Virus record (IMG/VR): IMGVR_UViG_3300049435_000050
Coordinates: 1 to 64,000 of that record
Source of the DNA: a virus
DNA length: 64,000 nucleotides
Strand: one strand, 5' to 3'
The notes below the pieces were generated by a model. That model was not told the DNA's origin and did not search any database. It worked only from the letters and a program-made list of their open reading frames with translations. Made by a program: the position numbers and the translations under genes. Shown piece by piece: positions 29,918 to 39,497 of the stretch. Every line of letters starts with the position of its first letter. Within the stretch, counting starts at the first letter, position 1.

Positions 29918-30080
29918 AACTTTTTGGAATAGACGTTATTAACGTATAAAGCACAAGATAATAAACATTTTTAACTTAAAAAACACAAGATTTACATATA
30001 TTTTATGGGTTCAACTGGTATATAATTCCCTGCTCACATGTGTAACCTATTCTATTTAGTTATATCGTAAACATTTATTT

Positions 30081-30117
30081 CGTATAGTACGTATAATGCG
30101 TATAATGCGTATATTTG
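30081..30117 (+). promoter_or_regulatory. Early promoter (TATATTTG) overlapped by four CGTATA repeats at 9-bp period
   Basis: CGTATA at 30081, 30090, 30099, 30108; -7 element at 30110-30117. Confidence 0.75.
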
Positions 30118-30161
30118 TTATGTATTAGCAATGTAGCTGATATATAAAGCTTGACGGCAAA

Positions 30162-30437
30162 ATGAAAGACCTAACAACTACAACCACGCAAACAGTTATC
30201 AATGGATCACCTAAAGTTGAAAAGGTTTTAATCCATACTCAAACATCTTGTTATTTGGTAGATAAAGTTTTATGTACAGTAACTGGCGAGCGCGCCATTG
30301 ACGTAGCTAAGATAATTTTAGCAATGCATGCATCAATTCAAAGAGCAGAGCAATTTATATCAGGCTTTGAAGGCGATGAAAATCAAACAGGAGTAGATGA
30401 TATTTTAGAAATGCTTAGGCGTTTCGATTTGAATTAG
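30162..30437 (+). CDS. Hypothetical early protein
   Basis: 91 aa; first ORF after promoter. Confidence 0.6.
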   Translation: MKDLTTTTTQTVINGSPKVEKVLIHTQTSCYLVDKVLCTVTGERAIDVAKIILAMHASIQRAEQFISGFEGDENQTGVDDILEMLRRFDLN

Positions 30438-30516
30438 CCCGTTTCGCCCGTCAAGCACGGGTTAAACATCAGCCTGCCTAACACGCGGGCTTTTGGTAGT
30501 AAAAGACAATAAGATC

Positions 30517-30714
30517 ATGAGTATACGCAAAGAAGTAACACTGTCGCCGGAAACAAAGAAGGCCTTGGGGTCTATGGCTCTGGATGAAGATAAGAGTTTA
30601 AAGGCTTTTATTGAATCTCAACTTGTAGCTATGGGTAAAACCGGCATCAGCTACCTTGCTTTATGGGGGCAGTGTGAGTCCTTAACAGAACAATTAAAAA
30701 CCTTAAACAAATAA
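30517..30714 (+). CDS. Ribbon-helix-helix-like regulator
   Basis: MSIRKEVTLSPETKKALGSMALDEDKSLKAFIESQL: alternating beta strand plus two helices. Confidence 0.6.
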   Translation: MSIRKEVTLSPETKKALGSMALDEDKSLKAFIESQLVAMGKTGISYLALWGQCESLTEQLKTLNK

Positions 30715-31066
30715 TTATCATGTTATACAGAGTCACTTTTATCAATGCACCAACTCAAATAGTCAGGGCAATAAACAGGGCTGATGCCATTACGCAGGCA
30801 GTTAGAAAAACACGCGGTTATCTTTCATGCACAGAGCAACGAAGTAATGTTATATCAGCTAAAATAGACCAATACAACTAAGTCAAACAGTAAACAATTT
30901 AAACCAAGCATATCATGAAAAAAGCAAGCATCATTCTATCAGTCCTTACAGTAATGGCTGTTATCACCTTTTTGGTAATAGTTATGCCTTCATTGGCTCA
31001 TAACATAGTATTAGACTTAATAACTAAAAGATAAGATTAACTCATTTAAAATAAAAACGATCAATT

Positions 31067-31675
31067 ATGAAAACTACAACAAATTACGATTTTTCAAACT
31101 TAACAGACGAACAAATCAAGTCTATCGCTTTATTACAGCACTTAGGAGACAGTTTCTTTATACTTGATGATAAAGTATTCACCGGCACCATGGAAGAAGC
31201 CACAGAGGCTTATAATGGCGCAAATTGCTGTCAACTATCTACACTTGATCTTTCAGAATGTGAAACGGAGGCTGACCAGGCTAAAATATATGACTGGTGT
31301 ATTGCTGAATTAGAGCAGGTTGAGCCATACGATGAAGATGATTATAACAATAATTATATTGTGTTAACCGATAGTGAGGCAGATGATAAGGCAGCCGAAT
31401 ACATCAAAGATAGCTTGTGGGCGTTTAACGCTTCGTTCTTAGCAAGTGAAACCGGCCTTGATGAAGAAATATTTCAGGCTATTCAGGATAACGGACGCTG
31501 CGAAAGCAATAATGATATTATCTATAACACAATTAATAAGCTTGGCAATATGGATGAATTTATAGACGCTGCTATCTCAGCAGACGGACGCGGACACTTT
31601 ATGTCAAGCTATGACGGCAATGAAAACGAAGAAACGGTAAACGGTGAAATGTTCTTTATCTACCGTATAAACTAA
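31067..31675 (+). CDS. Highly acidic early protein (possible DNA mimic/antirestriction)
   Basis: About 44 D/E vs about 10 K/R in 202 aa; 'DGRGHFMSSYDG.E.E' C-terminus. Confidence 0.6.
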   Translation: MKTTTNYDFSNLTDEQIKSIALLQHLGDSFFILDDKVFTGTMEEATEAYNGANCCQLSTLDLSECETEADQAKIYDWCIAELEQVEPYDEDDYNNNYIVLTDSEADDKAAEYIKDSLWAFNASFLASETGLDEEIFQAIQDNGRCESNNDIIYNTINKLGNMDEFIDAAISADGRGHFMSSYDGNENEETVNGEMFFIYRIN

Positions 31676-32012
31676 CTTGCCTGTTTTTACCTGATCGTTT
31701 TTAAGGTAAGGTCTGCCAGCCCGACACTATGTTAATTCATGGTTCGGGCATTAGGCGGCAAAAGACAAAAAACAGTATGTAACAGTCAAGTACAAGGGTC
31801 AGCCACAGAGCTGGCCTTTGGCAGTAGAAAACCATAAACAAAATGACAAACTTACACATTCAATCAACCTTACAATGTCACGGGGTGACAACCATGGTCA
31901 AAGGTGATAAGTATCATGGCTTTGGATGAATACACTATCCAGGGCGTACACTGCGGTAAATGGATAGATGTAACCGGGTATAGCTACAGGGAGTTACGTA
32001 ACTTCTTAGGGT

Positions 32013-32300
32013 ATGATAACATTGAAGATCAAATCATTTATAATTAAAACAATGGCCTGTAAAGATATTATAGACGCAAAGCTATCCGAGATAGAAGGGA
32101 TATTAAACGCTTATCCACGGGGCGCAATGGGGCTGACAATGGACAGCGCCAAAGATGCAGCCTGGAGGAAAGCTAAACAGGATTTTGCTTATTGGTTCCG
32201 TGCACTGCAAAAGTATAACAAACAGTTTCTAAAAACACATAAGCGGGTAGGTTTTGAAGTAGTAAACGGCAAACGTGTAATAATTTATCAACCCAAATAA
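32013..32300 (+). CDS. Hypothetical protein
   Basis: 'PRGAMGLT.D..K...W' motif; likely start at the internal ATG (MACKD). Confidence 0.6.
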   Translation: MITLKIKSFIIKTMACKDIIDAKLSEIEGILNAYPRGAMGLTMDSAKDAAWRKAKQDFAYWFRALQKYNKQFLKTHKRVGFEVVNGKRVIIYQPK

Positions 32301-32470
32301 TTTATAATTAAACTTAAACAATCATGCAAAACTTAACTTTATTTCAATCTGCTATTGCATTACTTGGCGCCATTGCCTTAGCAATCATTATTGTTTACTG
32401 TATTGTTAACCGTAAACATATTAAAAGTCAGTTGTAAACAAGATCCTGCCAACATTTAAAAACCACAACC

Positions 32471-32872
32471 ATGAAGAAATTATTCTTAATACCGGCCCTG
32501 TTTATAGTATTCAGCGCCCACGCACAAACTAAACAGTATATCCGTATTGAAACAACCCATTTCACGAAAGAACGGGATATTAAAAGCAAAACCATTAAAT
32601 ACGATGGCGGAACGGTGGATATTGGTATCAATTCCTTTACCATCGACAAAGAAGCGCCCAAGCCGGTATACTATGCCATTGCCAAGAAAGGCAAAATCGA
32701 GCCACAGGACGAAGGATATACAGCCACCGAGTATCTTTGTATAGCTGAGGATAATAAAGGCCGTGTAAAGGCTGTAAAAGTGGTATTATTCTATACCCCT
32801 AAAAGGGAACTGTGCGACCTGGTTGTAAAAGAAGGTAGCAAGAACACGGACTATTGTATTACAGATAAATAA
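32471..32872 (+). CDS. Secreted hypothetical protein (signal peptide, AHA|Q)
   Basis: MKKLFLIPALFIVFSAHA-QTK. Confidence 0.75.
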   Translation: MKKLFLIPALFIVFSAHAQTKQYIRIETTHFTKERDIKSKTIKYDGGTVDIGINSFTIDKEAPKPVYYAIAKKGKIEPQDEGYTATEYLCIAEDNKGRVKAVKVVLFYTPKRELCDLVVKEGSKNTDYCITDK

Positions 32873-32913
32873 CAGGGTTAGGCAAAGGCGCTTTTTAACT
32901 AAAATTAGAAATC

Positions 32914-33099
32914 ATGAGCAAAACCGCAATGGATACATGGCTTAGAATACAGGGACTCAAGGAACCTAAAAAACGTAAGCCTATAATGTACTTTACAGCC
33001 TGCTTTGGAAACCTTGAATTAGAAAGTAATACATCAATAGCCCTGTTGAAACATAAATACAAGGATCAGCCGGGAGTAACCTTCAAAACAATTAGATAG
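32914..33099 (+). CDS. Hypothetical protein
   Basis: 61 aa; A-rich start. Confidence 0.5.
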   Translation: MSKTAMDTWLRIQGLKEPKKRKPIMYFTACFGNLELESNTSIALLKHKYKDQPGVTFKTIR

Positions 33100-33539
33100 C
33101 ATGAACACAATCTTACCCTATCTCAAAGCAACTCTATTCGCCCTTGTGGTGATCGTTCTTGCCCCTATCATTGTAATAGCTTTAATAATAGCTACTATGT
33201 TCTTTAACCTTGAATCAAAACAATAATGGAAACTACCTATTTAACCGCGTACGAATTTGGATGGCGCTATCACTATAGTTTTTTCATCCATAACAATATG
33301 GTTTTTTGCACAATATTAAACTAAAGATAATGAGAAAGCATTACAACGTTAGTTATACATTCCTAAATGTGGGGTGTACTTACGAAACTACAGACTTCTA
33401 CACTTTCGTCAATAAACTAAACTGGTTAGATGAACAAGACGAAGTATTACATAACTCAATTAAAGTTTGGACAGAAGAAAAGTAAAATAAATACAGTAAA
33501 TCACTTGTTTTATTGAAATTACACTGTATCTTTGTTATT

Positions 33540-33758
33540 ATGAATAAGGAATTAATAGTAGAAGCCATAAGAGACAAAATGTTTACTATTATGGCAGAGG
33601 AAAAGAAGAAGTTTTCAGATACTTATTTCGCTGAGCAAATGGGATTAAGTAAAGCAACTCTTTCAAGGATTTTGAACTTTAAGGAAATTGATTTAAAGAA
33701 CGCGATCCTGGTTTGCAAATGGCTTGATCAGCCGATAGATAATTTTATAAAGGGCTAA
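33540..33758 (+). CDS. XRE/Cro-like HTH protein
   Basis: 'FAEQMGLSKATLSRILN..IDLKNAILVCKWLD'; TATCTTTG just upstream. Confidence 0.8.
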   Translation: MNKELIVEAIRDKMFTIMAEEKKKFSDTYFAEQMGLSKATLSRILNFKEIDLKNAILVCKWLDQPIDNFIKG

Positions 33759-33761
33759 GCA

Positions 33762-34298
33762 ATGAGAGGTAGTCACACCATAACACAAGAACGAGCAGAA
33801 CAACTTTTCAATCATATTGATGGTGTTTTATACTGGAAAATAAAATTGCATAGAGGTGTGGTTATTGGGAAAGAAGCTGGATATATCGATGAAAATGGTT
33901 ATAGGGTGATAGGCCTGGAAGGACAACGCTATAAAAGGCATCAAATTGTTTTTCTTTTGCACAGAGGTTATATTCCAAAAGAGGTAGATCACAGGGATAA
34001 GAACAGGTTAAATGATAGGTTTTCAAATTTAAGGGAAGTGACCCATCAACAAAATTGTTGCAATAAATCTGCCAGAAAGAACAAAACTTCTAAATACATA
34101 GGGGTATCCTTATCGGTACCAAAAAGGGGGCGAACAAAGTGGTTAGCTCAGATTAATACCAATTCTAAGGGATATAACCTGGGGAGATTTGAAACAGAAG
34201 AAGAGGCAGCGGAGGTTTATAATAATAAAGCCCTTGAATTATTTGGAGAATTTGCAAATTTAAATATTATAATATACGCCAACACCACCGAAAAATGA
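33762..34298 (+). CDS. HNH homing endonuclease with AP2 domain
   Basis: 'EVDHRDKNRLNDRFSNLR', 'TSKYIGV', 'EEAAEVYN'. Confidence 0.9.
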   Translation: MRGSHTITQERAEQLFNHIDGVLYWKIKLHRGVVIGKEAGYIDENGYRVIGLEGQRYKRHQIVFLLHRGYIPKEVDHRDKNRLNDRFSNLREVTHQQNCCNKSARKNKTSKYIGVSLSVPKRGRTKWLAQINTNSKGYNLGRFETEEEAAEVYNNKALELFGEFANLNIIIYANTTEK

Positions 34299-34504
34299 AA
34301 GTTTTAACCACAAACAAAAACCTAAATGCCTTTATGCAGGCAGTGATCGTAACAGACGCTCAAAGAAGGCACGTAAGCAACGAACAATCCCAAATGGATA
34401 TGCGGGAAGCTAATCAACGCTCTGAGTGCTGCGGACCCCCTGTAATACATGAGGGTCTGCACACTATTTGCTATAGCTGCGGGAACTGGTGTTCTATATT
34501 ATAA
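34295..34504 (+). CDS. Small zinc-ribbon protein
   Basis: 'SECCG....ICYSCGNWC'. Confidence 0.55.
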   Translation: MKVLTTNKNLNAFMQAVIVTDAQRRHVSNEQSQMDMREANQRSECCGPPVIHEGLHTICYSCGNWCSIL

Positions 34505-34522
34505 CCATTAATATAAATTATC

Positions 34523-36001
34523 ATGAAAACCCTCAAAGACCTGACACCTGAAATAGCCGCTAAAATACCTGAATATATAGCAAAATACACTAAAGGTGTT
34601 TTTGACGGGGAACGATACAACAATTTCAATATTGAATCAGCTACAGCCCTGATAGATTGGAATTACGAAACGTGTAAGTATAAAAACCCATGTGTATTAG
34701 TAGCTGAAAATCCATACGAAGCACAAATATTTTTCAATTATATATCCGCCAATAAAGAAGCGTTTACACCAATTATATATGCGATATACTGCCTCAGAAA
34801 TGGAATTGAAGTAAACCTCAATGTTGTGCCTGAAAATAAGAAGCTAGACTCACAGCTAGGCTCACAGCTATACTCACAGCTATACTCACAGCTAGACTCA
34901 CAGCTATACTCACAGCTATACTCACAGCTACGCTCACAGCTAGGCTCACAGCTAGGCTCACAGCTATACTCACAGCTAGGCTCACAGCTATACTCACAGC
35001 TAGGCTCACAGCTATACTCACAGCTATACTCACAGCTAGACTCACAGCTACGCTCACAGCTAGGCTCACAGCTAGGCTCACAGCTAGACTCACAGCTATA
35101 CTCACAGCTATACTCACAGCTACGCTCACAGCTAGGCTCACAGCTACGCTCACAGCTATACTCACAGCTATACTCACAGCTATACTCACAGCTATACTCA
35201 CAGCTACGCTCACAGCTATACTCACAGCTAGACTCACAGCTATACTCACAGCTATACTCACAGCTATACTCACAGCTTAAAACCTATAATAACGACTATT
35301 TATTTACTACTAATGTATACTCAAATTGGTATGCTGGATATTATAAATTTATAGCTGACGAACTTAGTGTTGATGCCCCTATAAATGTGATGCTAAATAG
35401 CTGGAATGATCTTTACCAAAAATCCAATGTTTACTCAGCTATATTTTCTGAATTGCTTTGTGTGGTATCTAAATACCCTAAAAAAGTACATCGTAATGAA
35501 AACAATGATATGCACAGAACGGATGGGCCAGCTATTGAATGGGGATTTTCCACCGATATAACTAAATTTGACGGATACTATGTCAACGGTCGCAATATGC
35601 CGCAATGGATATTTGGAGAAGTGACCAAAGAGCAATTCATTAATGAAACCAATGAGGATATTAAGGCCGGGATATATGAAGTAATAGAGGCTAAAGGAGA
35701 AGGCACTATGCTTAACTTTTTGGGGGCTACAGAAGTAGATAAGCAATCAGTAGTTCACGGTGATGGCAGCGTAGAAGAATTAATTTTATATAAAACTACT
35801 GAACGATTTAAAGAAGAGGAAGATTTAAACGGCAAAACGAACGTACCGCTTGCCTGGATAAAAATGTGTTGTCCAAGTACTGGAACAAAATATTTAATAC
35901 CATCGGATAGTTCATTTAACTCTGCTATGGATGCCGCTAAATTTGCTCGCCCAACTATAGTACCACAAGAATTAGAATATACCTGGTTACAAAGAAATTA
36001 A
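34523..36001 (+). CDS. Phage protein with (xSQL)36 repeat and conserved C-terminal domain
   Basis: 'MHRTDGPAIEW', 'CPSTGTKY' motifs; repeat in frame. Confidence 0.8.
   Translation: MKTLKDLTPEIAAKIPEYIAKYTKGVFDGERYNNFNIESATALIDWNYETCKYKNPCVLVAENPYEAQIFFNYISANKEAFTPIIYAIYCLRNGIEVNLNVVPENKKLDSQLGSQLYSQLYSQLDSQLYSQLYSQLRSQLGSQLGSQLYSQLGSQLYSQLGSQLYSQLYSQLDSQLRSQLGSQLGSQLDSQLYSQLYSQLRSQLGSQLRSQLYSQLYSQLYSQLYSQLRSQLYSQLDSQLYSQLYSQLYSQLKTYNNDYLFTTNVYSNWYAGYYKFIADELSVDAPINVMLNSWNDLYQKSNVYSAIFSELLCVVSKYPKKVHRNENNDMHRTDGPAIEWGFSTDITKFDGYYVNGRNMPQWIFGEVTKEQFINETNEDIKAGIYEVIEAKGEGTMLNFLGATEVDKQSVVHGDGSVEELILYKTTERFKEEEDLNGKTNVPLAWIKMCCPSTGTKYLIPSDSSFNSAMDAAKFARPTIVPQELEYTWLQRN
34847..35278. repeat. 36 x 12-bp coding tandem repeat NNCTCACAGCTA
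   Basis: NN is only TA, GA, GG or CG. Confidence 0.95.
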
Positions 36002-36022
36002 CAATTTAAACAAATAAAAAAA

Positions 36023-36415
36023 ATGGAAAATAAATTACAGTTCACAGGAGAAAACAGCCACCACGGAGATGTGCAATTATTCAGCATATCTCAATTGCCA
36101 GCAGGTGTTAAAAAAGTAGAAAATCGTTTGATTGCCAAAAGCGAAAAATCGGGGCATTCACATGTACTTTGCGGAGACTACGATATGTACGAAAAAGAAG
36201 GGGTTGACGGTGTATTTGTTGTAGTCGGTGAAAAAGGAGCTACGCTTAACCACGCCATGTCCTCCAAACTTAATACTAAAGTGATGGCTACAAACGCAGC
36301 TACTGAGGTGGCTGATCACCAGCCTAACTTTTACAAAGCAGGGGACACGATGTTTATAGGGATCCAGCAACGTAAAAAACATTTTAGCAAAGTATGGGCT
36401 AAAGTTAAGGACTAA
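36023..36415 (+). CDS. His-motif phage protein (HGDV...GHSH), likely partner of upstream gene
   Basis: 'HHGDV', 'SEKSGHSH', 'LNH', 'DH'; ends WAKVKD. Confidence 0.7.
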   Translation: MENKLQFTGENSHHGDVQLFSISQLPAGVKKVENRLIAKSEKSGHSHVLCGDYDMYEKEGVDGVFVVVGEKGATLNHAMSSKLNTKVMATNAATEVADHQPNFYKAGDTMFIGIQQRKKHFSKVWAKVKD

Positions 36416-36726
36416 TGAATCTACAATGTTACATAGTAGAAAACACGGTTAATGGAGTAACATCGTTATACTTTTGCTCGGACAGGCCTATTATAAATGG
36501 TGACTATTATATCAACACCTCACTACAGCCAACTATACGCATTCAGAGGGCATATAGGCCAATAGTCAAGGAAAGATGTAAAAGAATAGAGGCAACGTCT
36601 AATACGGCTTATAGCGTGCCTCAAATACCATCCTCGTTTGTAACAAAGTATTTTGAACTGGATAAAAAGGATAGGCCTGTTAAAACGCATTTTAGAATTT
36701 TAGAAACAAATTTAAAAACCATATAG
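36415..36726 (+). CDS. Hypothetical protein
   Basis: 103 aa; TAATG coupling. Confidence 0.6.
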   Translation: MNLQCYIVENTVNGVTSLYFCSDRPIINGDYYINTSLQPTIRIQRAYRPIVKERCKRIEATSNTAYSVPQIPSSFVTKYFELDKKDRPVKTHFRILETNLKTI

Positions 36727-36728
36727 AA

Positions 36729-37367
36729 ATGAGTATAGTTGCAAAATCAAGCGGGGGAACTACCCGTGAACCAATCGAAGCCGGGATGTATGTTGCGCGT
36801 TGTTTTCAAATGCTGCATATAGGAAATGTTATAGAAACCATTCCGGGCATGGCCCCAAAAAAGATGAATAAAGTTCGGATCACATGGGAACTACCTACAG
36901 AGATGCGAGTATTTAAGGAAGAAAACGGAGAACAACCGTTAACTACATCAAAGGATTTTACCCTATCCATGCACGAAAAGTCAGGATTAAGAGCAATGTT
37001 AAAAGGATGGCGCTCTAAAGACTTCACAGAACAGGAAGCCGCAGCGTTTGACATTACAAAACTATTGGGTGTTGCCTGTATGTTAAACATCACTCACAAG
37101 CCATCTAAAGACGGCTCACAGATGTACGAACAAATATCAGGAGTTACACCGCTGCCAAAGGGAATGACTTGCCCACCTCAGATAAATCCTAATCAGGAAT
37201 TAACATACGATAATTGGGATCAATCCTTATTTGATAAGTTGCCCGATTTCTTAAAGGATAAAATTAGGTCATCTGATGAATACAAAGCTATGATGAATCC
37301 TGAGCAAGCTTTTGTTGACGAGCATGGACAGCCAGTTGTTGACATAGAATCTGATTTACCCTTTTGA
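36729..37367 (+). CDS. Putative single-stranded DNA-binding protein
   Basis: 'G.YVARC', 'TLSMHEKS.LR..L..W', acidic tail ending DLPF. Confidence 0.7.
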   Translation: MSIVAKSSGGTTREPIEAGMYVARCFQMLHIGNVIETIPGMAPKKMNKVRITWELPTEMRVFKEENGEQPLTTSKDFTLSMHEKSGLRAMLKGWRSKDFTEQEAAAFDITKLLGVACMLNITHKPSKDGSQMYEQISGVTPLPKGMTCPPQINPNQELTYDNWDQSLFDKLPDFLKDKIRSSDEYKAMMNPEQAFVDEHGQPVVDIESDLPF

Positions 37368-37404
37368 CCATTAACGTCTCAATTAATAATTAACTGATTA
37401 CCAA

Positions 37405-37431
37405 CAGCCCCGGTAAATATTCCGGGGTTTT
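37405..37431 (+). terminator. Intrinsic terminator
   Basis: GCCCCGG-TAAATATT-CCGGGGT followed by T run. Confidence 0.6.
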
Positions 37432-37445
37432 AAAACACCACAAAC

Positions 37446-38717
37446 ATGAAATACCTAAAAATTCAAAATGACGGTGAACTTGACATAAGGTTAGTTGCAC
37501 TTATGGGAGGCACTACCAAAGCAAATGATACTTTTAAAATAGGCCAATTCGGGACAGGGTTAAAATACACCCTTGCTTACCTGTTTCGCAACAATATAGA
37601 ATTTAAAATATTTGTAGGGGATAAAGAAGTCCAACTATCTATTGAAACAGAAATTATAAAAGGAGAGAACTTTGACATTATTTGTATCAACGGCAACAGA
37701 ACCTCTATAACGACCCGTATGGGCGCCGATTGGTCAGCTTGGATGATCATAAGGGAATTATGGTGCAACGCCCTAGATGAAGGCGGAGCACTTGGAGAGG
37801 TAGTTACAGAAACAACTCCTGAACTCGGCAAAACTGTCTTTTACATTCAGGTTGATAAGGATTTTCAAAATGTATTAGATAACTGGCATAAATATTTTAT
37901 TCACGGAAAAGAAGCCTTATTTGAAAATACAACCCACAAAATATATCACGGTGGGGATAAGGTACGTATTTACAAACAGGGTGTACTTATTCACACTGTA
38001 GATCAACCGGGGCTATTCTCTTACGATGTAAAGAATGCCAGTATAAATGAACTACGCGAGTTTAAAGGTGTAGTAGCTGCAGAAATAGTACGGGCATTAA
38101 AAAATACCAATCCAACTGTAATAACCCATTTTCTTGAAAATGTAAACGATACCCACTTCGAGGGGACAATGGACTATAATTGGTATGAGAGCTTCGGCAT
38201 GGTTTGGAAAGACACTATAGGCTCGGCTAAAATCATCCACCAAAAAGCAGTTAACACTATTAAAGACAGGGGGGCAGAGATGGATATGGAGTCTATAATT
38301 ATACTCCCTATGCCTGTTTATAAATTCCTATCGGCGCAATTTGATGGTATAGGTGCTTTGCGTACTGCCGATAAGATTAATGAATTTTACGAAATACATT
38401 CAGAGGCGTTATCAACCAAACTCAATGAGGTGTTTGCTATTCTTGAAGTATGCGAATATGCTATACACCCTGAATTAAAGTTTTTATTTGGTGCTTTTGG
38501 TGATAAAAATATTCAAGGGCAAATAAATATGAACACCAAAGAAGTGATGCTATCAGATACATTGCTTGAAAAAAGCTTGTTTAATTTTATTGCCGTTATC
38601 ATTGAGGAAAATGAGCATTTCAAATCAGGTTTCCATGATTGCACCCGTAACTTTCAGCAACACTTCATTAATCTATACACAAAAACACTGTTAGATAAAA
38701 ACACTATTAAACTTTAA
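37446..38717 (+). CDS. GHKL-type ATPase with permuted motif order
   Basis: 'IQNDG', 'IGQFGTGLK', then 'RELWCNALDE', then 'GKTVF'; C-terminal 'EENEH'. Confidence 0.7.
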   Translation: MKYLKIQNDGELDIRLVALMGGTTKANDTFKIGQFGTGLKYTLAYLFRNNIEFKIFVGDKEVQLSIETEIIKGENFDIICINGNRTSITTRMGADWSAWMIIRELWCNALDEGGALGEVVTETTPELGKTVFYIQVDKDFQNVLDNWHKYFIHGKEALFENTTHKIYHGGDKVRIYKQGVLIHTVDQPGLFSYDVKNASINELREFKGVVAAEIVRALKNTNPTVITHFLENVNDTHFEGTMDYNWYESFGMVWKDTIGSAKIIHQKAVNTIKDRGAEMDMESIIILPMPVYKFLSAQFDGIGALRTADKINEFYEIHSEALSTKLNEVFAILEVCEYAIHPELKFLFGAFGDKNIQGQINMNTKEVMLSDTLLEKSLFNFIAVIIEENEHFKSGFHDCTRNFQQHFINLYTKTLLDKNTIKL

Positions 38718-38721
38718 AATC

Positions 38722-39315
38722 ATGCAAACATCACAGGATCAATTTGAAGATATGCGCCAGGAAGAACTGGACTCAAAGCCAACCTGGACAAAACCAATAG
38801 CCACAGGACTAACCATACCTAAAAAATCTATTTATAACATTCACGGGGATTATATGCGCCTTATGGATGAAATAGAGAGCAATGAGGGGGAGTTAACCGA
38901 AGATACTGAAAAGCGCCTTGCTATCACTATGGAAGAATTGGAAGAAAAAGCAGTAAGCTATGGTTATTGTATCAGGCAGTTTGACTTTGAAATTAAGCAC
39001 ATACAGGCTGAACACGACCGGTTAAGTAAGATTATGATTAGCAAGACCAAGATACAGGCAGCTCTTAAAACACGTATCGCAGAGGCTATGCTCCACTTTA
39101 ATATTGAAAAGGTAGAAAACAACAACCTAAAACTATATTTCCTTAAATCAGAGCAATTACACATTGACGATGATGCTAAGATACCTAAGAAGTATATTAA
39201 AACTAAATTAGTAGAAACTATTGATAAAGCCGGACTAAAGGCTGATACTAAAAGCGGTGCTATTAAAGTTGAGGGTATATTTATTGTTGAAAACCAAAAC
39301 CTTCAAATAAAATGA
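38722..39315 (+). CDS. Siphovirus Gp157-like protein
   Basis: 'SIYNI..DY', 'LEEKA..Y', 'IP..Y......IDKA.LK...K.G..VEG......NLQIK'. Confidence 0.8.
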   Translation: MQTSQDQFEDMRQEELDSKPTWTKPIATGLTIPKKSIYNIHGDYMRLMDEIESNEGELTEDTEKRLAITMEELEEKAVSYGYCIRQFDFEIKHIQAEHDRLSKIMISKTKIQAALKTRIAEAMLHFNIEKVENNNLKLYFLKSEQLHIDDDAKIPKKYIKTKLVETIDKAGLKADTKSGAIKVEGIFIVENQNLQIK

Positions 39316-39497
39316 ACGACAAATTAACTTGGTGGGGATATAAACATATATCCGGTACATTACAAGCAAAACGCTATTTTGATAAACGGGATTTAGAAGA
39401 AGCTTATTCATCAGATTTTGTTGACCAAGTAGTTCAGCCATTTCAAGCATCCAATAGAGAAGAAGCATTAGAACATATAAAAAACCAAACCTCATAA
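39312..39497 (+). CDS. Hypothetical protein
   Basis: 61 aa; translationally coupled. Confidence 0.65.
   Translation: MNDKLTWWGYKHISGTLQAKRYFDKRDLEEAYSSDFVDQVVQPFQASNREEALEHIKNQTS

Larger units (their letters stand above)
28534..30030 (+). mobile_element. IS1595-family element, internally deleted, with passenger genes
   Basis: 8-bp TSD TGCTCACA at 28526-28533 and 30031-30038; imperfect 24-bp IRs (GGTGCTTATATCCCGCTTTAACCC vs reverse complement GGGAATTATATACCAGTTGAACCC, 17/24); transposase inside. Confidence 0.85.

Noticed and set aside
34818-35273. Antisense ORF (SIAV/SLAV repeats)
   Set aside because: Shadow of the coding repeat; the same applies to the VT-repeat ORFs 41907..42173 and 41953..42159
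34847-35278. CRISPR array
   Set aside because: 12-bp units with no unique spacers, in frame within a protein; no cas genes
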